Shown piece after piece: positions 55,605 to 63,510 of a stretch of DNA of 64,000 bases. The translations under genes were made by a program, and so were the position numbers. The notes beneath the pieces are model-generated. The model ran no database searches and was not told where the DNA came from. It was given only the letters and a program-made list of their open reading frames with translations. This stretch comes from Syntrophobacterales bacterium (GTDB lineage Bacteria > Desulfobacterota > Desulfobaccia > Desulfobaccales > 0-14-0-80-60-11), in NCBI GenBank assembly GCA_020060385.1, contig JAGVAH010000048.1:645-64644 (forward strand), in the 5' to 3' direction. Within the stretch, counting starts at the first letter, position 1. Each line of letters opens with the position of its first letter.

Positions 55605-57382
55605 GACACCACCCCGAAAGCACTATGCCAGGAATCGAGAGAGATCAAGGCGTGCGAGGTCCTGTAGATGGCCAGATTATCAGTGGCCGCGAATTGGCCC
55701 CTCTTGCGGAAGAAATCATCCACCTTCCTTTTGTTGAAGTAGTGACCGATCCTGGAGCCCGCCGCCTGCACCAATTCGTTGGCTTGATTCCGTTCGTTGA
55801 AAACCGTTTTGGGATCGACGGGGATGGGGACGGGCCGTTTTTTCCTCTCGACCACAGGCGCGGGCAGCATGTCTGTCCCAATGCTCTTCAGAAGGACCTT
55901 TTCGGAGTCCGCCGTAGACTTATAGGCAGACGGCATGTCAATGACAAACTCCACCAAACGGTGATCCAGGAAGGGGACCCTCGACTCGACCCCCCAGGCC
56001 ATGCTGGTCTTGTCCAGACGCTCCAGCAGGTCCACGAGGTAGTACTTGAGAAAGAGATAGAGCAGCTTATTGGTACCGTCCCCGGTCTCCAACGCGACCA
56101 TCTCGCCGGCCAAAATGGCGCGCACCTTTTCCCTGTATCCGGTCTCCTTCTCGAGGTCCGGATGCAGCAGCCCGGAGACTTCCTCAAGATAGGGGGCCCA
56201 GGGGAATTCCTTTTGCCCCTCCGGATTACAGCGTTCGAGAAAGAAATAGTAGCCCGCAAACAACTCGTCCGCTCCCTCCCCCGACATCACCACCGTTACT
56301 TTCGGCTTTACTCCCCGATAGAGGAGAAACAGCGAGGGAGACGTTAATTCCACGGGCTTTTCCACATGCCAGGCGACTCTCCTCATGACCTCGAAGTATT
56401 CCTCCGGCTGAAAAATGAACTCCGTGTGGTCCGTACCATAGGCCTCCGCCACCAGACGGGCATAGTGCAGATCAGTATCATCCGGCCTCTGCGTCCTGTT
56501 CTTGTGGTAGCCCATGGAGAAGGTTTTTAGGCGCCCGCCGATATGCTTGGTGGCCATTGCCGACACCAGACTCGAGTCCAGCCCCCCGCTCAGGAGCGTC
56601 CCCAACGGTACGTCGCTCACAGATTCCATCTTGATGGCCGAATTCAAGAGGCATTGGACCTCCTCCCGGCAGTCCCCGAAGGAGTTGCCGTTGTGCCGGA
56701 CCCCGTCACGTTCCAGGGCCCAGTATCGATGGCTGGTGACGGCCCCGTTCTCGATAACGATCGTCGTGCCGGGCGGCACGGACCGGATGCCCTTGAACAT
56801 CGTTTTGGAATCCAGGAGCGTTGTGCAGAGGAGATATTCAGGGATGGCATGGATATCCACCTCGGCCCGCATTTGGGGATGCTTTAGAATGGCCTTGATC
56901 TCCGAGGCGAAGATGAATAACGAGCCGGTAATTGCATAATAGAGAGGCTTGATACCCAAGCGGTCCCTCGCCAGGAAGAGAAGCTCCTTTTCCTCGTCCC
57001 ACAGCGCAAAGGCGAACATGCCGTTGAATTTTGAGACGCACTTCCAGCCGTACTCCTCGTACCCGTGCACGATGACTTCGGTATCGGCATCGGTGGCGAA
57101 GCGGTGGCCAGTGCGCAATAGCTCCTGTCTCAATTCCTTGTAGTTGTAAATTTCACCGTTGTAAGTGACCCATACCCTACCGTCTTCGTTGCTCATCGGC
57201 TGCCTGCCCCCGGCAAGATCGATCACCGAGAGCCTGCGGTGTCCAAAGCCGAGGAAGCGGTCAATGTATGCGCCCCAATCGTCCGGGCCGCGATGAGCAA
57301 GCATTGCCGTCATCTTAAGCAGCACGGCTTCCGAAACGGGTGCGTTCTTCTGCATGTCGAAGACCCCGCAAATCCCGCACAT
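55601..57382 (-). CDS. Asparagine-synthetase-family (Ntn glutaminase + PP-loop synthetase) amidotransferase
   Basis: MCGICGVF (Cys2 nucleophile), HRGPDD, YNGEIYN, LSGGLDSS. It is a divergent paralogue of 15473-17434, about 40% identical by eye over the N-terminal domain. Confidence 0.85.
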   Translation of the reverse strand: MCGICGVFDMQKNAPVSEAVLLKMTAMLAHRGPDDWGAYIDRFLGFGHRRLSVIDLAGGRQPMSNEDGRVWVTYNGEIYNYKELRQELLRTGHRFATDADTEVIVHGYEEYGWKCVSKFNGMFAFALWDEEKELLFLARDRLGIKPLYYAITGSLFIFASEIKAILKHPQMRAEVDIHAIPEYLLCTTLLDSKTMFKGIRSVPPGTTIVIENGAVTSHRYWALERDGVRHNGNSFGDCREEVQCLLNSAIKMESVSDVPLGTLLSGGLDSSLVSAMATKHIGGRLKTFSMGYHKNRTQRPDDTDLHYARLVAEAYGTDHTEFIFQPEEYFEVMRRVAWHVEKPVELTSPSLFLLYRGVKPKVTVVMSGEGADELFAGYYFFLERCNPEGQKEFPWAPYLEEVSGLLHPDLEKETGYREKVRAILAGEMVALETGDGTNKLLYLFLKYYLVDLLERLDKTSMAWGVESRVPFLDHRLVEFVIDMPSAYKSTADSEKVLLKSIGTDMLPAPVVERKKRPVPIPVDPKTVFNERNQANELVQAAGSRIGHYFNKRKVDDFFRKRGQFAATDNLAIYRTSHALISLDSWHSAFGVVS

Positions 57383-57385
57383 CTT

Positions 57386-58420
57386 CTACCGTCCCCCCCA
57401 TTGCGCGCCGCCCGCTGCGCCCAGGAGATCCCTCTCGACCTGGGCCGCGATGGCCATCCCCTTGCCGTCATGGTCTGCCAACCTCTCCAAAGCCGCGTCC
57501 CTGCTAATTAAACCCTGGCGAACCAACTGGCCCATTTCGTACTCGTAGGGATGGAATTGGTGGAGGTTCTGATGCTTGACAATGCCGAAGGCATTCAACC
57601 GGCAATTGGTGGAGTTTGGATCGACGTCCTTTGGTTTTGACCAGCCAAGCCCGGCTATGGTCCTGTAAATCTTCGTTTCGTCATAGCCAAGGACCGGCAG
57701 GGGACTGACGACGTAGGGGAAGGGCCGCGTCCGGTGTTCCTCCGCGGTCAGCATCAGGTAGTCGTAAACCCAAGGCCCCGTTCTGTCAGCCAATTTATCG
57801 AAAAGCTGCCGCCTAAGGGCATAGGGAATTCTGTTGTCCTGATATATGAGTTCGTCCGGGGATCGCATAACCTGCCCCGGACTGTTGCCCAGCATGACCA
57901 TGGGCACCTGCTTTTCAATGGCTGTGCGCAGAGCGGCGGTCATGACCATGCGGATACAGGAAATGCAGACACCGCTGCCGAACTTTGTCAGATGCTCGGG
58001 ATAAAGGGGGGATTGCCCGCTGGCCAGAAAAATTTCGTTCAAGCGATCCTGGCGATATCTGATGATAATATGGTCTACGTTCAACCGCGCCGTGACTATC
58101 CGCAGGTTGGCTGAGCACGCCTCCGAGAGGAAGCCATTGTCGAAAGTCACGGCCAGCAGCCGCAAATGATACTTCTCCTGAAGCAGGTGGAGCAGGAAGG
58201 TGCTGTCTTTCCCGCCGCTGCAGGACACCACGGCGTCGTACCGCGGCCCTTTCGATTTGGAGGCGTCGATGATCTTCGACAAAATACCGCCAAAGTCCCG
58301 GGGCGAGGCCACCGTCTTTTGCCGTTCGCTGAACTCCTGGCAGATCGAGCAGACGCCATCCTCTCCGAATATGATTCCCGGAAAGTGCGGGCCCAGGACG
58401 CATTTGGTGCAACGCTTCAT
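57386..58420 (-). CDS. PP-loop (adenine nucleotide alpha-hydrolase) ATPase with an N-terminal Cys4 ribbon, WbpG / N-acetyl-sugar-amidotransferase-like
   Basis: CTKC...CSIC zinc-ribbon-like N-terminus and the PP-loop VSCSGGKDST. The start overlaps the ligase stop (ATGA at 58417-58420). Confidence 0.65.
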   Translation of the reverse strand: MKRCTKCVLGPHFPGIIFGEDGVCSICQEFSERQKTVASPRDFGGILSKIIDASKSKGPRYDAVVSCSGGKDSTFLLHLLQEKYHLRLLAVTFDNGFLSEACSANLRIVTARLNVDHIIIRYRQDRLNEIFLASGQSPLYPEHLTKFGSGVCISCIRMVMTAALRTAIEKQVPMVMLGNSPGQVMRSPDELIYQDNRIPYALRRQLFDKLADRTGPWVYDYLMLTAEEHRTRPFPYVVSPLPVLGYDETKIYRTIAGLGWSKPKDVDPNSTNCRLNAFGIVKHQNLHQFHPYEYEMGQLVRQGLISRDAALERLADHDGKGMAIAAQVERDLLGAAGGAQWGGR

Positions 58421-59952
58421 ATTCTCTTCGCCATCGATAACTCGGCACGATCCAGCTTGCCCGTGCCCGTGGTGGGCATCTCCACACGAAAGGTGATCTC
58501 GTCGGGCATCATGTAGTGGGGCAGAAGGCGCTTACAGTGACCGGCTACCTCCTCTGCCGCGAGGTCCGCGCCCTGGCTTCGAACCAGTATGGCATGTATG
58601 CGGGGACCGCTATCCGTCTCCGGCGTACAGACCACCGCCGCCATGGCCACGCCGTCCAGGCGTTCCAGGCAGGCCTCGATCTCTTCTGGATATACCTGGT
58701 ACCCCAGACGCTTGATCATGTTGTCTTTGCGGCCGACGAAATATAAATAGCCCTCCTCGTCCAACATGCCCAGGTCACCGGTGTGCACGCCGTCTTCCCG
58801 GAAGGTCTCGCCGCCGTTGCGTTTCCAGTAGCCAGGGGAGATAAACGCTCCCCGGTGCACAATCTCCCCCACTTCCCCCGGTGCCCGCGGCTTTCCTGCC
58901 GCATCGACGATGACTATTTCCACCCCCGGTAGAGGCTTTCCCACCGACCCGGGCTTCCTGTGGAAATCGGCGGGAACGAGACAGGTGGAGCGGAACGCTT
59001 CCGTGGTCCCATACATCATGAAGAAGTCCGTATTTTTGAGGATGCCCTTCAGTCTTGCCAGATACCCTTCCGGAAAGACCTCGCCAATCAGCGATAGATA
59101 GCGCAGGTGCGGGAACTCGCAGTCCGCCAAAGCCGGGTAGCGCGCCAGCATCATGCGCCAGAACGACGGGACTGCATGGAATCCGGTGATCTTCTCCGTG
59201 AGAAGGGTAGTCACCACGTCCTTGGGAAAGTGCGAGTCCTGCAGGACCAGCGCGCCGCCGACGAGGACCGCGGTAAATAGCTGGCTCAGGGCGCCGTCAA
59301 AGGAAAACGGCGTCAAACTGATAAGCCGGTCCGTGGAGACGTTCTCGAGCACTTGCGCCGAAACCAGCGTGGACGCGGACAGAATCCCATGCGTCACCAT
59401 GATGCCCTTGGCCCTCGCAGTCGTTCCCGAGGTATAGATAATCGCGGCGAGATCTTCCTCATGGGGGGGTGGGTAGGAGGCCGACTGGGCCCTGCCACTT
59501 GAGCCCCCCAGAGCAGTATCCAGTCTGAGAGTGGAAGCCGGGTGGCCTCGGCTGGTCTCCGGTCCCATGGCGATCAGCAGGCTCGGCAGGATGCCTTTTT
59601 CTCCGGCTCGTTCGATGGCCGCGCCTTTGCTTTCGTGAAAAAAAAGAGCGGCAGGTTGACATTCTTCAATTACGTGGCCTAGCTTGTCGTCCCGGAAGGA
59701 GGGATTGAGGTGGACCATAACCCCGCCGGCCTTTGCTATGGCAAAAATCACCACTACCTCATCGGCGCACTTCGGCGCAAAGACCCCCACCCGCATACCC
59801 TTTTCCACGCCCTTGGAGCGCAGGAAGGCCGCAAGCCGCGACGATCTTTCATCCAGATCCGCAAACGACAGCCGTTGCCCTCGAAAGGCGATCGCCTCTT
59901 TGTCGGGGCGGTCCCGGGCACTCCTGCGCAGCATTTCAGGAACTGGCAGCAT
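58417..59952 (-). CDS. Stand-alone adenylate-forming enzyme (ANL superfamily acyl/aminoacyl ligase)
   Basis: IIYTSGTTARAKGIMVTHG (P-loop), MMYGTTEAF, HTGDLG, GRKDNMIKRLGYQVYPEEIE, and the catalytic Lys in TGTGKLDR. Confidence 0.85.
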   Translation of the reverse strand: MLPVPEMLRRSARDRPDKEAIAFRGQRLSFADLDERSSRLAAFLRSKGVEKGMRVGVFAPKCADEVVVIFAIAKAGGVMVHLNPSFRDDKLGHVIEECQPAALFFHESKGAAIERAGEKGILPSLLIAMGPETSRGHPASTLRLDTALGGSSGRAQSASYPPPHEEDLAAIIYTSGTTARAKGIMVTHGILSASTLVSAQVLENVSTDRLISLTPFSFDGALSQLFTAVLVGGALVLQDSHFPKDVVTTLLTEKITGFHAVPSFWRMMLARYPALADCEFPHLRYLSLIGEVFPEGYLARLKGILKNTDFFMMYGTTEAFRSTCLVPADFHRKPGSVGKPLPGVEIVIVDAAGKPRAPGEVGEIVHRGAFISPGYWKRNGGETFREDGVHTGDLGMLDEEGYLYFVGRKDNMIKRLGYQVYPEEIEACLERLDGVAMAAVVCTPETDSGPRIHAILVRSQGADLAAEEVAGHCKRLLPHYMMPDEITFRVEMPTTGTGKLDRAELSMAKRI

Positions 59953-60205
59953 CGCTTCTACCTGTAGTCTTTTGCTCCTGCTTGGTGATGATCAAGCTGA
60001 CCAGTCCATCGACTGTGCCGAAACTGGCCATGTCGATGTCATCCCCGCTGATCTCCAGATGGAATGTCTCCTCGATGAAGACCACCAGTGACAAAACGTC
60101 CAACGACGTCAGCAGCCCGCGTTCGAACAGGTTGATCGAATGGTCGAAGCCTCTCTCATTGGAGATTCCTTCGATATAACCGACGATCATGTCTCGTATG
60201 CTCAT
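59936..60205 (-). CDS. Free-standing acyl/peptidyl carrier protein
   Basis: 89 aa from ATG 60205. LFERGLLTSLDVLSLVVFIEETF has the carrier-protein helix II pattern with the Ser attachment site (DltC/ACP-like). It overlaps the ligase start by 17 nt. Confidence 0.65.
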   Translation of the reverse strand: MSIRDMIVGYIEGISNERGFDHSINLFERGLLTSLDVLSLVVFIEETFHLEISGDDIDMASFGTVDGLVSLIITKQEQKTTGRSDAASS

Positions 60206-60366
60206 ATGATACTTCCCTGGTGCAAGGTTCGAGGGGGAGCATGGCGCGCACTTCACCTCTTTTTCGCAGGCCAACAACTATTATGGCCTGGGAAAAAATC
60301 TCCGTTCGTCAACCGGACTTCTTCTCTGCTCTGACGCGCGTCGAAGCTTCGGGCTGCCGGCTCTAG

Positions 60367-60765
60367 CTAAGGCGCCGTGGGAGCATCGGGGACGACTTGC
60401 ACCCATGTGCCTAGAGCAGCGACCAAAGAAGCCGGCACGGCAATACGCCGCTCCAGGACTGCATTGCTTTTGAGCTTGATCAGTACTAGTCGGGGGCCCG
60501 CTTTCTCTGCAGCTTCGGTTGTTTCCCCTTTTTTCTCGGCAACTTCTTCGGATTGCGCGGGGACAAGGTCGCTAATGTCGATCACATCTCCAGCCGCAAT
60601 CTCGTACTGGGCGCCATTAATGTCGATACAGCAAAGCTCTTTGGTGGTGGTTAGAATCGTGGCGGCGATAATCACCTCGCCCGTTGGATTCCCGTAAAGT
60701 ATTTCACCACGGAGTGAACTTTCCTCTGGGTTCTGAAAACCGGCGATAAATTGCTCGAAGTTCAT
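60367..60765 (-). CDS. Hypothetical 132-aa protein (no recognisable family)
   Basis: ATG 60765 is preceded by a strong SD (GAGGAGG, 5-nt spacer). Two small predicted beta-rich segments are joined by an acidic E/A/K linker. Lies between the PPTase gene and the carrier-protein gene. Confidence 0.5.
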   Translation of the reverse strand: MNFEQFIAGFQNPEESSLRGEILYGNPTGEVIIAATILTTTKELCCIDINGAQYEIAAGDVIDISDLVPAQSEEVAEKKGETTEAAEKAGPRLVLIKLKSNAVLERRIAVPASLVAALGTWVQVVPDAPTAP

Positions 60766-60859
60766 ATTTCCTCCTCATATTAATTAGTTACATCGACTGC
60801 CATCTTCTGCTGCTCCATAATCCAGGGTAAATAGCAAATTAGAGGGATCAAGAAGTCTT

Positions 60860-61618
60860 TCACCAGTCAGCCAGCAAGAAACCTGCGGCGGCGACTTTCT
60901 TAAGTGGTACCGCGACTGTCCCCACAACATCATCGAGCGGCTCTAAGTGGATGAGGCTCCAGTCCCGAAAAGGTATTAAGGCAGGCTCCCCGGAGACTAG
61001 CCTTGCTGGCTTGTCAGCACTGAGCGTCACCTCAAACGAGTGGAGCGGCATTGTAAGTCCGCAGCCCAAGGCTTTGATAACGGCCTCCTTCCTGGTCCAG
61101 CACCGAAAGAAGGCCTTGTACGCTTCCGTCTCGGGTAGTGCCGTTAGCTTAGCGTATTCCTGTTTAGTGAAGTATCTCTTGGCAATATCTAAAAAATCCG
61201 GAAGGGGACGAACCGTTTCGACATCGGCTCCCACACTTAATTGGGATGTCACCGCGACCAACGCCAAGCGTTCGCAGTGCGACAGGTTGAACTCTAGCTG
61301 GGAAGACCTCAGATGGTCCGCGATTCTGGGTTTGCCTTGAACTCCATAGGTGAACTCAATTGCCGCTGCACCTACCCCTAGGTAGCGCGCCAAAACCCGG
61401 CGCAAAAAAGCATGACTCCGAATAAATCGCCACCGGTCGGCAGCGAAAACAAAACTGCAGGCTCTTTGCACCTCTGTTTCTGAGAGGGAGGAAATGAGAT
61501 GGGAACTTTCTCTTGCATCCAGGCGCATAGCCCAAACGTGGGCACAACCAGGGTGAACCTCTTTGGGTAAAGCCATATTCCAAGTGAACTCGCGGAAAAT
61601 AGCCGTATCGCCGATCAT
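60860..61618 (-). CDS. Sfp-type 4'-phosphopantetheinyl transferase
   Basis: HVWAMRLD, FVFAADRWRFIRSHAFLRRVLARYLG, FNLSHCERLALVAV, VGADVE, FFRCWTRKEAVIKALG. Start at ATG 61618 (TTG 61702 possible). Confidence 0.8.
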   Translation of the reverse strand: MIGDTAIFREFTWNMALPKEVHPGCAHVWAMRLDARESSHLISSLSETEVQRACSFVFAADRWRFIRSHAFLRRVLARYLGVGAAAIEFTYGVQGKPRIADHLRSSQLEFNLSHCERLALVAVTSQLSVGADVETVRPLPDFLDIAKRYFTKQEYAKLTALPETEAYKAFFRCWTRKEAVIKALGCGLTMPLHSFEVTLSADKPARLVSGEPALIPFRDWSLIHLEPLDDVVGTVAVPLKKVAAAGFLLADW

Positions 61619-62340
61619 CTTGCACTCGCCCGAGGCACCCGACTGGGTTTCATGGACAAAAAGTCCATTTGGGGGAACCAACATCCTGAAAGTGCAGCGC
61701 AACCTCTCAGAATACGAGAACGGTGCTAAAGTGAAATCAGGAACTTGAGGTCCAGTGATTCGATCAGGCGCAGATCCGACCCCTTTGGTAAGGGAGTCCT
61801 GCTGTTATGAAACACAATGCCTGCGGTCAACGCAACCTGGCAACCACAGGATTTGCAATAACCTTGATGGCGGGGTGTCGAGTACGGTGGTAATAGGCTT
61901 CAGTGGAATCACCGATGAGGGCGCTTGAAATTTAGGGGCCACAGCATCGGCAACGATTGTTCTTATCCAGCCTTTTTAAGCCCAACCTTTTTCTGAAATT
62001 GCAGCAGATTAAGAGGGTTCTGTGATTTAATTCCACCCCAATTTGCCTGTCGATTCTCAACAAATAGAGCAAATTTGGCGGAGTCAAGGCGCTAAGCCTG
62101 GTTTCCATTTCGTGAGTAGCCCCCAACTGCCACCATTCCTGTTTTTTACATGGTTGCTACCCACAGGCCCGCTGAGCCAGCATCTATCGAGCAGATGGCT
62201 TGGTGGTCCCAAAAGACCCACCAGGAACTATCCATCCTTTGACTTCAACCATCTACTGAATGTTTACAACATTCCATCAAATCGTGTAAAAGTCAAGAAA
62301 TTTATAACTCTTCCCCAAAGCTTTTTCCCCCTTCCATTTT

Positions 62341-62395
62341 ATAGGCGCGCACCCATGTGTGCACCCACCCCTGGACGGACACGCGGGTCCGCCAC
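62341..62395. repeat. GC-rich palindromic element, right copy flanking the NRPS block
   Basis: GCACCCATGTGTGCACCC plus CGGACACGCGGGTCCGCC (62376-62393). It is in the same orientation as the copy at 32805-32889 but lacks ~28 nt of the internal segment. Confidence 0.8.
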
Positions 62396-62425
62396 AAAAC
62401 ATTGCTTTTACGTTGAGAAAAAATC

Positions 62426-63319
62426 CTAATTGATTTGCTGCCATTGTCCTCCCATAAATTTATAATTGTTACCTTCTTTATCTTCCAGAAACCATTTTCC
62501 CGAATTGCGATCTTGAAAGATATAGCCGTTTAATCCTTGGGCTATTTTGGCTTTTTTTACTGTTGCATAAGTGGATGGTGAGAGATCGGCTTCTCCGGTC
62601 TGTTCAGTAACTTTTTCTTGAACTTGCCCCTTAGTATCGGCTCTTTCCGGTTGCCCTGGCCCCCCAAGTTTAACCCATTGGTCCCCCTCGAATTTATATG
62701 AGTTGCCGTCGCTATCCTCTAAGAAGAATTTTTTGGAATTGCGATCTTGAAAAATATAGCCTTGCAACCCCTGGGCCTTTTTGGCCTTTCTGACGGTGGC
62801 CATGGTGGGCGGCGCAGCCTCGGCTTCCTTGGACGGGGCTGGGGACCGCCCTATCACTTTCGCTTTTAAGGCCTGTTCGGCCGGGGGCTGCGTTTTGTCC
62901 ACGCCGACTTCCTGCATCTGCTGATTAATAATGTCCATGGCCTGCTTGCCGGCGGCGACCATCTTCCCCTGGGGGTCCAGGAGCACCAGGTACGGCACCA
63001 TTTTAAGCCCGAACTGCCGGGCCACGGGTGACTTCCAATCAGTCCCCTGTAAGCCGGGACGGTTGATGTCCACCCTTTTGACGATCACATTGGTCTTTGC
63101 CGCCAGTCGCTCCAGACGTGGCGCTAATTCGAGGCAAGCAGGGCAAAACGTGCTGTAAAAATCAACCACCACGGGACTCCCGGGAACTGTTAAGGATCTC
63201 AGGTCTATGGCCTGTCCCTCCCTGCCAAGGTTCACCTGCAACACTTCGCCCGCAATCACTACTGACGACAAGGCGATAAGCAGCATTGATGTGAGCAATA
63301 ATTTAATGATGAGCTTCAT
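62426..63319 (-). CDS. Secreted/lipid-anchored thioredoxin-fold (TlpA-like) protein with a duplicated C-terminal module
   Basis: N-terminal signal-like MKLIIKLLLTSMLLIALSSVVIA and the redox motif FYSTFCPACLE (CxxC). Two ~46-aa repeats (aa 173-218 and 251-296) contain GYIFQDRNS..FLED..GN.YKF.G.QW. Confidence 0.6.
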   Translation of the reverse strand: MKLIIKLLLTSMLLIALSSVVIAGEVLQVNLGREGQAIDLRSLTVPGSPVVVDFYSTFCPACLELAPRLERLAAKTNVIVKRVDINRPGLQGTDWKSPVARQFGLKMVPYLVLLDPQGKMVAAGKQAMDIINQQMQEVGVDKTQPPAEQALKAKVIGRSPAPSKEAEAAPPTMATVRKAKKAQGLQGYIFQDRNSKKFFLEDSDGNSYKFEGDQWVKLGGPGQPERADTKGQVQEKVTEQTGEADLSPSTYATVKKAKIAQGLNGYIFQDRNSGKWFLEDKEGNNYKFMGGQWQQIN

Positions 63320-63510
63320 TTCTTCCCCCCATGAAAACCCAGATGAAAATTATCTGATGCGATTATTAAAAGAAAGCCTGTTTATAGCACCATCGCCATC
63401 ATTGTCCAGGCTGGTAACATCTTGTTAAATATAAAGCGCCACTGTTTAATAGCGGTGTTCGGGCCATTCTTGTCTGAATAATTAACCCCAAGGATCAATT
63501 GTTAACGTAA

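Noticed and set aside
33108-61702. Looked for an integrase, transposase, tRNA attachment site or inverted terminal repeats that would prove the NRPS block is a mobile island
   Set aside because: None recognised. Only the direct palindromic-element copies and the gene-free flanks were found, so mobility is reported only as a hypothesis.
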